Shown piece by piece: positions 20,501 through 29,350 of a DNA stretch of 64,000 bases (its first letter is position 1; each line of letters opens with the position of its first letter). Location of the stretch: sequence record OP380601.1. One strand, written 5' to 3'. A model generated the notes under the pieces. That model did no database searches. It worked only from the letters and a program-made list of their open reading frames with translations, and was not told the DNA's origin. Position numbers and translations under genes: made by a program.

Positions 20501-21382
20501 GCATGGGTTCCTAACCTGACTGGTAAATATATGAATATTTTACCTAGTTGGATTCCTAACGAAACTGGATATAGAATTAGATTTGCCGGAAAATCGTTTT
20601 CCCAAGGAGAGTTATTAAATTCTTCCGATGTTGCAAATGCTATTAAATTAACCGTATCTAATACTACATTAAATTTTAACATTAGAAACGCAAACAACCA
20701 AATAGTTAATTTAAACTTAACTCACGGAATATCATTAGGTTCGCCGTTTGATATAGTTGTTGATTATGTATATCCAAACATAACTATAAAGGCTAATAGT
20801 GCGACTACAAGTACAAATTACACTCATATATATGGTAGTTTATCAGATCGATGTGGTGTTAATTTTACTGGTCAGATCGATACTATAGAACTGACAGAAA
20901 TATCTCTAACTAGAGATGATTCTAGAAGATATGAACTGGTTAAAACTGGATTTGTAGAACCTATTCAAAATACTATTACAAACTCACTTGTATACCGAAA
21001 AAAGTTAAGAACTGCATTACTTCCTTCGGGGATAATAGGATGGGATAATTCTTATGGAGATGTAGCTAGTAACGGTAGATTGAAAGACGATTTATACATC
21101 CATAACTATAAATTGATCAAGATAATAGAAGCACTTCCTTCAAATGGAATCATTATTCAATTCGAGGGTAACGTGACTCCGTTTGATGAAATCGAGATAG
21201 TTTTTATGGGAACCGTTCCTTTAAAAGTTTTTGCTTCAAAAGGTAACGGAAATTATGTAGTTCAGAAATCTCAAGAGTTGGAAGACTGGATGAAACCCAC
21301 TAGTTATAAGGTGATATCATTTAGACCTATTGGTGTTGGTCTAAATATAACGTCTCCTGTATGGAAACCTGCAATCTACTAA
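17597..21382 (+). CDS. gp35: Extended tail fibre hinge protein gp35 (1261 aa) with added beta-rich repeats
   Basis: YAAIYDTGLKKIMVE...ETVFDTFNDIGVTG resembles T4 gp35; follows gene 34. Confidence 0.85.
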   Translation: MAELIISSVSNGGIKANALSESFSGLHQIKIFPENGTEPQIVSIDGFSVIPSDRNGLECIQILPDLSIGVRDVFDFSIQTDVNRFDSWLTSLSDGIVLMKSKGTNTTNGTINAVFKKIGNIGWENHWNISNGTSASRYAAIYDTGLKKIMVEMLGVSSNIKISLETVFDTFNDIGVTGYGNALVYDQNEYISETPTTPEIVRYMNGSQSLSSIGVNTGETLRISLDMYRNDLAALAGESIRLYFIGYKGNTSVTSNFVEVSDTSGSWEYKYGEITIPSTIDNLRIYATAWPIKSSYQGTFGTRCISVYRKKKDVSKSGKGSFGQWGFITESAKETSGNIVGSFLEKNVTSFEYGNLEPVSFPHFTYGSGKYITLPTLVLGLKFTYLTSVVYSNTDITGVRNGSGTDDTFFIGSTSEKYTGGMGHILVFNGKTIFKEANVSCNKEYLYKMVVDNTNVDFYVDDILVGTTTITSSRIRTIDSILVGNEMDGYVISSDYQDMSDVNNSRYYNYSSSEKLDFVKGTSPGGGMSYSGSNIVPNGGSGWLYCGTGSNLIPAGMKEGSKAFVTIVKNNGATLHPNVKMNHRYEVTAFKNTNVGFLNQWHLTAFKAGSDNWITAGNMTQLEFDVDCITDPVLHGTKPVDLDWVKNRNYSFNFNGSSWVDIPPVYSVTNKGYITLKFIQYQSTTGYIIEGRSNNTQELQGGWVYIKSNNTINTSSNYKIVSINGKSPTASVGDVAVIENGIPYSLVIEMDLNSVVRRIGARYNGVNVLRGKIWDISISADKDLRQYKNIYESRLNSYSTGIVDLNGISKKVYDFVDFRKWKMSDSINNPINILSNNSFIFTKDVSEGGMSYHLNLPSRGKFRIEYDIESTKPVILKDVYGTSVGVGESMKLLPSGRYKGILISDHVATNYDSGIYICVPNARIGDTVILRSLVAYVTNTDGIGSNVQSDSYSFDEFYEPQMISNNMSAWVPNLTGKYMNILPSWIPNETGYRIRFAGKSFSQGELLNSSDVANAIKLTVSNTTLNFNIRNANNQIVNLNLTHGISLGSPFDIVVDYVYPNITIKANSATTSTNYTHIYGSLSDRCGVNFTGQIDTIELTEISLTRDDSRRYELVKTGFVEPIQNTITNSLVYRKKLRTALLPSGIIGWDNSYGDVASNGRLKDDLYIHNYKLIKIIEALPSNGIIIQFEGNVTPFDEIEIVFMGTVPLKVFASKGNGNYVVQKSQELEDWMKPTSYKVISFRPIGVGLNITSPVWKPAIY

Positions 21383-21387
21383 AAATA

Positions 21388-21419
21388 AAAGAGCCTATCC
21401 ATTTCGGGATAGGCTCTTT
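21388..21419. terminator. Terminator after gene 35
   Basis: 13-bp stem AAAGAGCCTATCC/GGATAGGCTCTTT. Confidence 0.85.
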
Positions 21420-21548
21420 GTGTCTGTAGTATAGTTTCAAGTGCAATCAAATTATAAAGTTCTATAATATATTAATAGAAACTCTATAATTAGAAAGTGT
21501 GAGTGAAACGAACCGGCTTCGCCGTCTCACTACGTTCGAAAGATTTTA

Positions 21549-21578
21549 GTTTACATCTTCTTTGAGTTGGTGTATGAT
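21549..21578 (+). promoter_or_regulatory. Orphan T4-early-type promoter GTTTACA-17-TATGAT
   Basis: GTTTAC -35 and 17-bp spacer; no long ORF downstream. Confidence 0.6.
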
Positions 21579-21610
21579 CAGATTTAAATCAATCTACAAG
21601 GTAAATCAAA

Positions 21611-21727
21611 ATGCAAAAAGAATTTAAAATCACTATACCTCTAGTACCATCATTCATGAAGGTACACCCACAAATTATTACCGTTTGGTTTGAGTGGGTT
21701 TTTGCTGTGTGTGCTTTTCTCTCATAG
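21611..21727 (+). CDS. Possible 38-aa peptide with hydrophobic C-terminus
   Basis: AAGGT SD 8 nt upstream; MQKEFKITIPLVPSFMKVHPQIITVWFEWVFAVCAFLS. Confidence 0.3.
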   Translation: MQKEFKITIPLVPSFMKVHPQIITVWFEWVFAVCAFLS

Positions 21728-22618
21728 AAGAGATAACCGGATCCGATATGCTTCCCTGTCTTCGGCTGGGAAGTGTTCGCATTCAGATTTATCAACCTTT
21801 GCGGCTTTCATTTCGGCTGCATTATAGTAACATACACCATCTTTAACCCACTTCTGGGGTTCTCGTTGGTCTTTCATGGTATAGGTTCCGATGTTCAGAA
21901 TTTCACCAGAACGAAGACGACTCAGATCACCAGCGGGACATTCAATTTCATTTGCAATTTCATATTGTTTTTTGAAATCAGTAATGGTATATTCTTTTCC
22001 AGATTCTTTACATTTGATTGTGTAAGGTGTCATAGGATGACTTTCTCTTTTGTAAGAGTTAGGTAGAGATGCAACCGACCATCCCGCTCGGATATATTCC
22101 TTTGCGGTGGGTTTGTCGCATATAACGCTTCGATCTCCACCTCTGTAAACGATTACCTGTGAAACTGATTCATCGTATTGCTCGATAGCAACTAATCGTG
22201 CTACATCGTCATATACCGCTTTATCAAAGCATGAAGCTGTAAACATACCTTCAATCTGCTTGTTAAGGTACACGTCAGAAGTCAATGCATTTAAAGAGAA
22301 TTGAAGCATACATTCCAAGAGAAGGACTTTTCCCCAAGTGTCATATTGTGCTAGAATCCGCATTTCAGTAATCTGAATTCCTTGGGTTTCCAGTTCGACA
22401 ACCTCGTTACTACTACTACGATAAGATCTCCAATCGGATTCTATGAATTCGGTTTTACCTTGTCGTTTGTATGTGGCTGGGGGTCTCTTTAAGTTTTTCC
22501 ATACTCGTTTAGCTCCGATATATTTTTTACCGTTGCTAAATGTGATCATGTAAACAAATCCCAAAACTTCTCTTGGGTCAAATTTACAATCCGTTACCCA
22601 GTGTCCATAATTGATCAT
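21722..22618 (-). CDS. GIY-YIG-like endonuclease (Seg-like/free-standing)
   Basis: GFVYMITFSNGKKYIGAK, SDWRSYRSSS; C-terminal extension. Confidence 0.8.
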   Translation of the reverse strand: MINYGHWVTDCKFDPREVLGFVYMITFSNGKKYIGAKRVWKNLKRPPATYKRQGKTEFIESDWRSYRSSSNEVVELETQGIQITEMRILAQYDTWGKVLLLECMLQFSLNALTSDVYLNKQIEGMFTASCFDKAVYDDVARLVAIEQYDESVSQVIVYRGGDRSVICDKPTAKEYIRAGWSVASLPNSYKRESHPMTPYTIKCKESGKEYTITDFKKQYEIANEIECPAGDLSRLRSGEILNIGTYTMKDQREPQKWVKDGVCYYNAAEMKAAKVDKSECEHFPAEDREAYRIRLSLL

Positions 22619-22641
22619 TTTAATATCCTCAATATTTATAA

Positions 22642-22673
22642 TGTATATAGGTATTTAGGTTCTGTGTTATAAT
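22642..22673 (+). promoter_or_regulatory. nrdA promoter TGTATATAG-N14-TGT-TATAAT (middle-like class variant)
   Basis: Extended -10; upstream 9-mer matches TGTTCATAG at 7 of 9 positions. Confidence 0.65.
22652..22658 (-). promoter_or_regulatory. Putative late promoter CTAAATA for the endonuclease gene
   Basis: 34 nt upstream of the ATG at 22618. Confidence 0.55.
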
Positions 22674-22705
22674 GAACGAAAGGAAAATAAAGGAAATAAT
22701 AAGTA

Positions 22706-24958
22706 ATGATTAACACCGTTTTGAAGTCGTCCGGTATAACCGAAGAATTTTCATTCGATAAAATTTTCAAAGTTGTTGACTTTGCATGTCAAGGGTTAGA
22801 GGCAGATCCTCATGCTATTCTTGAAGCAGCAAAACCCGCAATTATGGAAGGTATGAGCACCAAAGATATCCAAAAGTTGGTTATCAAAGCAGCAGTAGAC
22901 CTAATATCTGTTGATGAGCCTGATTATCAATATGTCGCCGGTCGATTGACTATGTACGCTTTGCGTAAGCAGGTTTACAATCAGTTCGATCCTCCACATA
23001 TTTATGATCATGTTAAAGGTTTGGTTGCTAGTGGTCACTATGATCGAGATCTGATATATAAATATTCTGAGAAAGAATATGAAATTCTACAAGGTATTAT
23101 TGACCATACTCGCGATATGAATTTCACATATGCGGGTGCGATGCAGTATAAAGAAAAATATCTAGTAAAAGACCGGTCTAATGGTACAATTTACGAAACT
23201 CCACAGTTTGCATATATGTTACAAGCGATGTGTCTACATCAAGAAGAAGATGTTTCAAAACGTTTGGAATATGTTATCGATTTTTATAATGCCGCTAGTA
23301 ATTTCGAAATATCACTACCTACTCCAATTCTTTCTGGTGTAAGAACTCCAACTCGTCAATTTAGCTCATGCGTTAAAATTGAATCTGGTGACTCTCTTGA
23401 ATCTATCGGAGAAACATCAAAAGCTATAATGAAATATATTTCTCGCCGTGCCGGTATCGGTATTAATGGTGGTGCCATTCGTGCTGAAGGGTCTAGGATC
23501 CGTTCTGGTGAAGTTTCTCACACTGGTGTTATTCCATTCTGGAAACATTTTACTACCGGTGTTAAAAGTTGTAGCCAAGGCGGTGTTCGTGGTGGTAGTG
23601 GTAATATTAACTATCCTATGTGGCATTTGGAAGTAGAAAAGCTGTTGGTATTGAAAAATAATAAAGGTACTGAAGAAACCCGTATCCGTAATATTGATTA
23701 TACTGTACATATTAATAAGTTCTTTATTGAAAGGCTTAAAGAAGATGGCTATATCACACTGTTTAGCCCAGATATAGATAACGGTCTTCTATATAAAGAT
23801 TTTTATGATTCTGATAGTTCCAAGTTTATAGAGCGTTATAAAAAGCTTGAAATGAATCATGTTATCCGTAAGAAGAGAATTAAAGCAGCCGATCTGTTTA
23901 CAACTATGTTGACTGAAAGGGCTGGTACTGGTCGAATTTATGCGATGTTTGTTGATAACGTAAACAAACAGACTCCGTATATCGAACCAATTAAAATGAC
24001 GAATCTATGTGTTGAGATTAATCTTCCGACCTACCCGATGGCAGATAAAGATGAAGAGATCGCACTGTGTACCTTGAGCGCAATCAATCTGGGTAAAATA
24101 AAATCTACATCAGATTATATTCGTCTCAGTCGGATTATTGTTCGAGCACTAGATAACCTACTTGATTATCAAGATTATCCAGTGAAAGCCGCTGAGAAAG
24201 CAAAGAAGCGCCGTTCTCTTGGTATTGGTGTTGTTAACCTAGCTTATTTCTTGGCTAAAAACTTCGTCAATTATAATAGTCCTGAAGCGTTGGCTCTAGT
24301 ACATGAACATTTCGAAGCTATCCAATTCTCCCATATCAAGGCGTCTATGGAATTAGCTAAAGAGCGTGGTGCTAGTGAATGGCATGACCGTACAAAATGG
24401 TCTAAAGGTCTGTTGCCGATTGATTGGTATAACAAGAATGTCGATCTGTTGACTCCAAACGTCCTGAAACAGGACTGGGAATGGCTCCGTACCGAGATCC
24501 TTAAGTATGGTCTTCGTAACGATACCCTTACCGCTCAGATGCCGTCAGAAAGCAGCTCACAGCTTCTTAACGCAACTAACGGCGTAGAACCGGTTCGTGC
24601 TCTACTGTCAACCAAAGCGTCAAAAGATGGTGCGTTTAATCAGCTTGTTCCTGATGTTGATATTCTTGCTGATGAATATCAAACTCTTTGGGCTATGGTA
24701 CGTGAAAACGGAATGACTGGTTATCTTTCAATATGTGCAGTAATTCAGAAATTCTTTGATCAGGGAATCAGTGTAAACACTAGCTATATTCCTCAAAGTT
24801 ATAAGTCTGGCAAAGTTCCGGTTAGTGTCATGCTAAAGGATCTTGTATTTGCTCAGAAATATGGATTGAAGGCAATGTATTATCACAATACCCGTGATGG
24901 TAATGAGTCTGATATCGAAATGGTTAAGGAAGCAGATTGCGCAGGCTGTTCTGTATAA
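22706..24958 (+). CDS. nrdA: Aerobic ribonucleotide reductase alpha subunit
   Basis: ATP cone, SSCV, TNLCVEI, QMPSESSSQ, C-terminal CAGC. Confidence 0.98.
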   Translation: MINTVLKSSGITEEFSFDKIFKVVDFACQGLEADPHAILEAAKPAIMEGMSTKDIQKLVIKAAVDLISVDEPDYQYVAGRLTMYALRKQVYNQFDPPHIYDHVKGLVASGHYDRDLIYKYSEKEYEILQGIIDHTRDMNFTYAGAMQYKEKYLVKDRSNGTIYETPQFAYMLQAMCLHQEEDVSKRLEYVIDFYNAASNFEISLPTPILSGVRTPTRQFSSCVKIESGDSLESIGETSKAIMKYISRRAGIGINGGAIRAEGSRIRSGEVSHTGVIPFWKHFTTGVKSCSQGGVRGGSGNINYPMWHLEVEKLLVLKNNKGTEETRIRNIDYTVHINKFFIERLKEDGYITLFSPDIDNGLLYKDFYDSDSSKFIERYKKLEMNHVIRKKRIKAADLFTTMLTERAGTGRIYAMFVDNVNKQTPYIEPIKMTNLCVEINLPTYPMADKDEEIALCTLSAINLGKIKSTSDYIRLSRIIVRALDNLLDYQDYPVKAAEKAKKRRSLGIGVVNLAYFLAKNFVNYNSPEALALVHEHFEAIQFSHIKASMELAKERGASEWHDRTKWSKGLLPIDWYNKNVDLLTPNVLKQDWEWLRTEILKYGLRNDTLTAQMPSESSSQLLNATNGVEPVRALLSTKASKDGAFNQLVPDVDILADEYQTLWAMVRENGMTGYLSICAVIQKFFDQGISVNTSYIPQSYKSGKVPVSVMLKDLVFAQKYGLKAMYYHNTRDGNESDIEMVKEADCAGCSV

Positions 24959-24965
24959 AATAAGC

Positions 24966-24985
24966 GGGGGAGTAAAATCCCCCAT
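24966..24985 (+). repeat. Hairpin GGGGGAGTAAAATCCCCCAT, identical to the minus-strand copy around 7806-7825
   Basis: Direct comparison of the two sites. Confidence 0.75.
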
Positions 24986-25013
24986 TCTCATGCATTAAAG
25001 GAATCTATACCAA

Positions 25014-26144
25014 ATGAGTTCTACCGTTTTTAATACCAATATAGTTGATCATACTAACCAACACATGTTCTTTGGTGAAGAACCAAACGTACAACGATTT
25101 GATACAATGAAAACTCGGGTTTTCTATGATCTGATGGATCGTCAATTGTCATTCTTTTGGCGACCAACCGAAATTGATATGAGTAAAGATTCAATTCAAT
25201 TTCATCAATTGAGTGATCATGCAAAACACGTATATACTCAAAACCTGTTTGTTCAATCTCTTCTAGATTCAATCCAAGGTCGTGGACCTAATTTGGTTTT
25301 GCTGCCCCACGTTAGTGATGTAACACTAGAAAACTTCATTACTGCATGGACTATGGTTGAAGGTACTATTCACTCAGATTCATATACCCATATGGTGCGG
25401 GCGGTATATCCAAATCCCACAGAAGTATTTGATCAGGTTATGCTAACTCCCGAAATTATGAAACGGGCTGAAGCGATCACTAAATATTACGATGCAGTTC
25501 TTCTAGAATCAGACAAACTTTCTGCTATGAAGTTTTTGAATCTTGATGAATCAGTTCTAAATTCCCAATTAACTAAACTTAAAGAGTCTCTTTATCTGTG
25601 TGTACATACAATAAATGCTCTAGAAGCTATCCGATTTTATGTTAGCTTTATTTGCAACTTCTCATTCCCAGAGTTTTCTGGAACTATGGAAGGTAGTGCA
25701 AAAATAATGAAGTTTATTGCTAGGGATGAAAACTTGCATCTTAAAGCAACTCAGACTATAATTAGTCGGTGGCAGACTGGAAAAGACGATCCTGAAATGG
25801 TAGAAATTGCCAAGCGTCTTGAAGGTAAAGCCGTAAGTATTTTTGAAGAAGTTGTCGCTCAAGAAAAAGAATGGGCAGAATATCTAATGGGTGATAAATC
25901 ACTCAACGGTCTTAATCGGGATGTTCTATGTAATTACATCGAATATCTGGCTGATAATCGTATGAGATCCGCAGGTCTTCCTAGTTCTTACGCAAAGCGC
26001 AAAAACCCGCTTCCATGGGTAACTAAGTGGTTGAATTCAGATTCTGTTCAGGTTGCACCCCAAGAGGTTGAGGTTGATTCTTACCTTACTGGTGCTATTG
26101 AAGCAGATCTCACAACCGAAATCCTTAGTAAACTGGATATTTAA
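25014..26144 (+). CDS. nrdB: Ribonucleotide reductase beta subunit, no intron
   Basis: FFWRPTE, LDSIQGR, E..IHS.SY, EAIRFY, RDENLH, VAPQE. Confidence 0.98.
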   Translation: MSSTVFNTNIVDHTNQHMFFGEEPNVQRFDTMKTRVFYDLMDRQLSFFWRPTEIDMSKDSIQFHQLSDHAKHVYTQNLFVQSLLDSIQGRGPNLVLLPHVSDVTLENFITAWTMVEGTIHSDSYTHMVRAVYPNPTEVFDQVMLTPEIMKRAEAITKYYDAVLLESDKLSAMKFLNLDESVLNSQLTKLKESLYLCVHTINALEAIRFYVSFICNFSFPEFSGTMEGSAKIMKFIARDENLHLKATQTIISRWQTGKDDPEMVEIAKRLEGKAVSIFEEVVAQEKEWAEYLMGDKSLNGLNRDVLCNYIEYLADNRMRSAGLPSSYAKRKNPLPWVTKWLNSDSVQVAPQEVEVDSYLTGAIEADLTTEILSKLDI

Positions 26145-26154
26145 TTTTATCATG

Positions 26155-26174
26155 AAGGAACCTACGGGTTCCTT
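26155..26174 (+). terminator. Terminator after nrdB
   Basis: AAGGAACC-TACG-GGTTCCTT followed by TATTTATTT. Confidence 0.7.
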
Positions 26175-26195
26175 TATTTATTTGGAGAAGTTGAA

Positions 26196-28037
26196 ATGGT
26201 AAGTAATACACATCTTTATAATGAAGTTTGTGATATCGTAGATGATAAAAACGATTCCCTATCTAAAGAAAACGCGAATAAAGATTCTAAAGTAATTCCT
26301 ACAAAACGCGATATGCTCGCTTCCGCTATATCTAAAGAATATGCTGGTAAATTTATTTCCCAAGATATTCTTTCAGCTCACTATTCCGGTATTATCCATT
26401 TTCATGATCTTGGATATAGCCCCCTACTACCTATGACTAATTGTTGTTTGGTTAATGTATCTGATATGTTGAAAAATGGGTTCGTTATGTCATCCGCCCA
26501 TATTACACAACCAACTAATGTTCAGACTGCATCTAATATTATTTCCCAAATTCTTATTAATGTTTCAAATCATCAATATGGTGGAACCACTGTAGGTGAT
26601 CTTGATGTTGTTCTGGCTCCATATGTTAAGATGAGCTATGATAAACTTATATCAGAAGCCCGTTATTTTAAAATCCCAGACGTTGAATCGTATGCAAATA
26701 TTAAAATTCGTAAAATGGTGTATGATTCAATCCAAACGCTTGAGTATCAATTGAACTCATTAACTACAGGTCAAGGTCAAACTCCGTTCACAACCGTTAC
26801 ATTTGGTATTGGTTCCAGTCCAGAAGCTAAACTAGTTCAAGAAATGATCTTGCGTGTTCGTATTGATGGTCTTGGTGAAGATAAAGAAACCGCCGTATTT
26901 CCTAAACTTGTATTCACCCTCAAAGATGGTCTTAATCTGAATCCATGGGATCCACATTATGATATAAAACAACTTGCTCTTGAGTGTTCGTCTAAGCGTA
27001 TATATCCGGATATTATGAGTTATGATCAGGTTGTAAAGGTTACTGGTTCTTATAAGTCACCCATGGGTTGTCGCTCATTCTTGGGTAGATGGGAGAATGA
27101 AGCCGGTGAAGAAATTCATGATGGTCGTCAGAATTTGGGGGTTATCACTCTAAATCTCCCGAGAATTGCACTTGATTGTGGCGGTGATAAGCAAAACTTC
27201 ATGGCTTTACTGACAGAACGAATGGAAATAGTCAGGAATGGACTTATGCAGCGCATAGAGAGATTCCGAGGAATAAAGGCATCAGTTGCACCTATCCTAT
27301 ACATGCATGGCGCTATGGCACGTTTAAACGCCGATGATGATATTATGCAGTTGTTTGAAAATGGTAGGGCTAGTGTATCTTGTGGATATATTGGATTGCA
27401 CGAAGTATGCCAGATTATAAAATTTGATGATGAATCTCATATATTTGAAAATTCAGAAAAACAAGAATTTGCTCTTGCGGTATTAAGAAAGATGAAATCC
27501 ATTGTTGATGTATGGACAGAAGATACTGGGTTTTCATTCTCTCTATATGCAACTCCGTCCGAATCACTATGTGAGAGATTCTGCAATATCGATAGCAAAC
27601 TATATAACAATCCTGTACATGAAAAAGGATATTATCAGAATAGTTTCCATCTAGATGTAGAGTATAATTGTGACCCATACGAGAAGATTGATTTTGAAAG
27701 ACAATTTATAAAATATAGTACGGGTGGATTTATCTCTTATGGGGAATTCCCAGATGTAAAAAATAATCTTAAAGCCCTTGAAGATGTATGGGATTACGCT
27801 TACAAAACAACCCCATACTATGGTTCAAATATCCCAGTTGATAAATGTTTAGTATGTGGCTATAATGGGGAAACCGTTCCTACAAGTAAAGGTTATGAGT
27901 GCCCTTCTTGTGGAAACCACGATCAGAAAAAGCTACACGTAAGGCGTAGAGTGTGTGGTTATATCGGTGCGTTGGATGTAAGACCATTCAATGACGGAAA
28001 ACATAATGAGTCTATTCGTAGAGTAAAACACCTATGA
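26196..28037 (+). CDS. nrdD: Anaerobic (class III) ribonucleotide reductase, no intron
   Basis: TNCC, PMGCRSFL, C-terminal CxxC pairs and RVCGY glycyl-radical motif. Confidence 0.97.
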   Translation: MVSNTHLYNEVCDIVDDKNDSLSKENANKDSKVIPTKRDMLASAISKEYAGKFISQDILSAHYSGIIHFHDLGYSPLLPMTNCCLVNVSDMLKNGFVMSSAHITQPTNVQTASNIISQILINVSNHQYGGTTVGDLDVVLAPYVKMSYDKLISEARYFKIPDVESYANIKIRKMVYDSIQTLEYQLNSLTTGQGQTPFTTVTFGIGSSPEAKLVQEMILRVRIDGLGEDKETAVFPKLVFTLKDGLNLNPWDPHYDIKQLALECSSKRIYPDIMSYDQVVKVTGSYKSPMGCRSFLGRWENEAGEEIHDGRQNLGVITLNLPRIALDCGGDKQNFMALLTERMEIVRNGLMQRIERFRGIKASVAPILYMHGAMARLNADDDIMQLFENGRASVSCGYIGLHEVCQIIKFDDESHIFENSEKQEFALAVLRKMKSIVDVWTEDTGFSFSLYATPSESLCERFCNIDSKLYNNPVHEKGYYQNSFHLDVEYNCDPYEKIDFERQFIKYSTGGFISYGEFPDVKNNLKALEDVWDYAYKTTPYYGSNIPVDKCLVCGYNGETVPTSKGYECPSCGNHDQKKLHVRRRVCGYIGALDVRPFNDGKHNESIRRVKHL

Positions 28038-28504
28038 AGATTCTAGACTATAAAAAAACTGATATGTCGAACGGGTTTGGAACCCGTTCGAGTATTTGGT
28101 TTTCCGGATGTGACCATATGTGTAAGGGGTGTTTTTCTAAACATACATGGTCATACGATAATGGACGATTCATCGACATTAAACCGCTTGTTCAACGTGA
28201 TATGACCGATATTAAGGTTAATCGAGATGGGATATCTCTTCTCGGCGGGGATCCTATGTTCGAAAAAAATAGACAAGGTGTTTATGATTTTCTTGTATGG
28301 TTCAAGTCCAATTTCCCAGATAAAACTGTATGGTTATGGACTGGGTACACCAAAGCCCAATGTATTCAGGACCCCCTGATGTGTGGTATACTTGATTACG
28401 TGGATGTATTGATCGATGGTAAATTCGATGAAGACAAAAAGGATATCTCTCTAATTTGGAGAGGTTCGTCCAATCAAATAATTCATTTTCTTAAAGAGGT
28501 ATAA
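28034..28504 (+). CDS. nrdG: NrdD activating radical-SAM protein
   Basis: [10 protein letters not shown] (CxxxCxxC), GGDP, LIDGKF. Confidence 0.97.
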   Translation: MKILDYKKTDMSNGFGTRSSIWFSGCDHMCKGCFSKHTWSYDNGRFIDIKPLVQRDMTDIKVNRDGISLLGGDPMFEKNRQGVYDFLVWFKSNFPDKTVWLWTGYTKAQCIQDPLMCGILDYVDVLIDGKFDEDKKDISLIWRGSSNQIIHFLKEV

Positions 28505-28505
28505 A

Positions 28506-28868
28506 ATGAAGGGTTATATTTACGACAACGATATTGTAGTATTGACTGAAGATGACGTATTCGGAATTATTTCTATTTGTAAGAGTGATCCGTCATTGGA
28601 AGGTGGTGAGTTTGATGTAGCTTATTTTAAAGCTTCTGAACCGGATAATATGGTATCCGTTAATGTTGAACAAGTTCCTTTGGTGGAAGGTGGTCAACAT
28701 TTAAATGTAAATGTGTTGAATAAAGAAACTTTAGAAGATGCAATTAAATTTCCAGAAAAATACCCACAATTGACAATTCGAGTATCGGGTTATGCTGTTA
28801 GATTTAATTCGCTGACCCCAGAACAACAACGCGATGTTGTTTCTCGTACTTTTACAGCTTCTCTATAA
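28506..28868 (+). CDS. grcA: Autonomous glycyl radical cofactor (T4 vs.6-like)
   Basis: GGQHLNVNV...[27 protein letters not shown]. Confidence 0.95.
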   Translation: MKGYIYDNDIVVLTEDDVFGIISICKSDPSLEGGEFDVAYFKASEPDNMVSVNVEQVPLVEGGQHLNVNVLNKETLEDAIKFPEKYPQLTIRVSGYAVRFNSLTPEQQRDVVSRTFTASL

Positions 28869-28878
28869 GGAAAAATAA

Positions 28879-29148
28879 GTGATTACTATTTTTGGCTTTG
28901 ACCCAGATAATTATAAATGTAAGCCATGCATTAAAGCAAAAATGTTGGCAGAATCACGCGGTATTGATTTTGAATTTAAACCTATTCTTAAAGAAGGTAC
29001 TTCCGAAGAATCTAGAGAAAATAAAAAAGCCCTTGGTGAACTTAGAAAATCTCTTGACCTTCCAATGACCGGTTTTACTATGCCGCAGATTTTCAAAGGT
29101 AGCGAGCTGATTGGAGGTTTTGATGAGTTCCGCAATTATATTGCCTAA
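28879..29148 (+). CDS. nrdC: Glutaredoxin/thioredoxin NrdC
   Basis: CKPC, TMPQIF, IGGFDE. Confidence 0.9.
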   Translation: MITIFGFDPDNYKCKPCIKAKMLAESRGIDFEFKPILKEGTSEESRENKKALGELRKSLDLPMTGFTMPQIFKGSELIGGFDEFRNYIA

Positions 29149-29350
29149 TCTAAATTATGACCGTTTAACTTACGATCAAGTATTTTGTTATTTCTATGGT
29201 AAATCATTCAAACTAAATGAATTGCATACACTAGATGCGATTATCAAAAAAGTTAAAGAATTGAATCCCACGGATACTAGCGAATTAGAAAAGATGGAGT
29301 CTTGGTTTTCTACTCTTCGTAGAGGTTTTGTATCGAGAGGTGAACTTTGA
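29123..29350 (+). CDS. Hypothetical protein
   Basis: GGAGG SD before ATG 29123; coupled to nrdH. Confidence 0.65.
   Translation: MSSAIILPNLNYDRLTYDQVFCYFYGKSFKLNELHTLDAIIKKVKELNPTDTSELEKMESWFSTLRRGFVSRGEL

Noticed and set aside
25014-28037. Group I introns in nrdB/nrdD as in T4
   Set aside because: Both reading frames are continuous and of normal length
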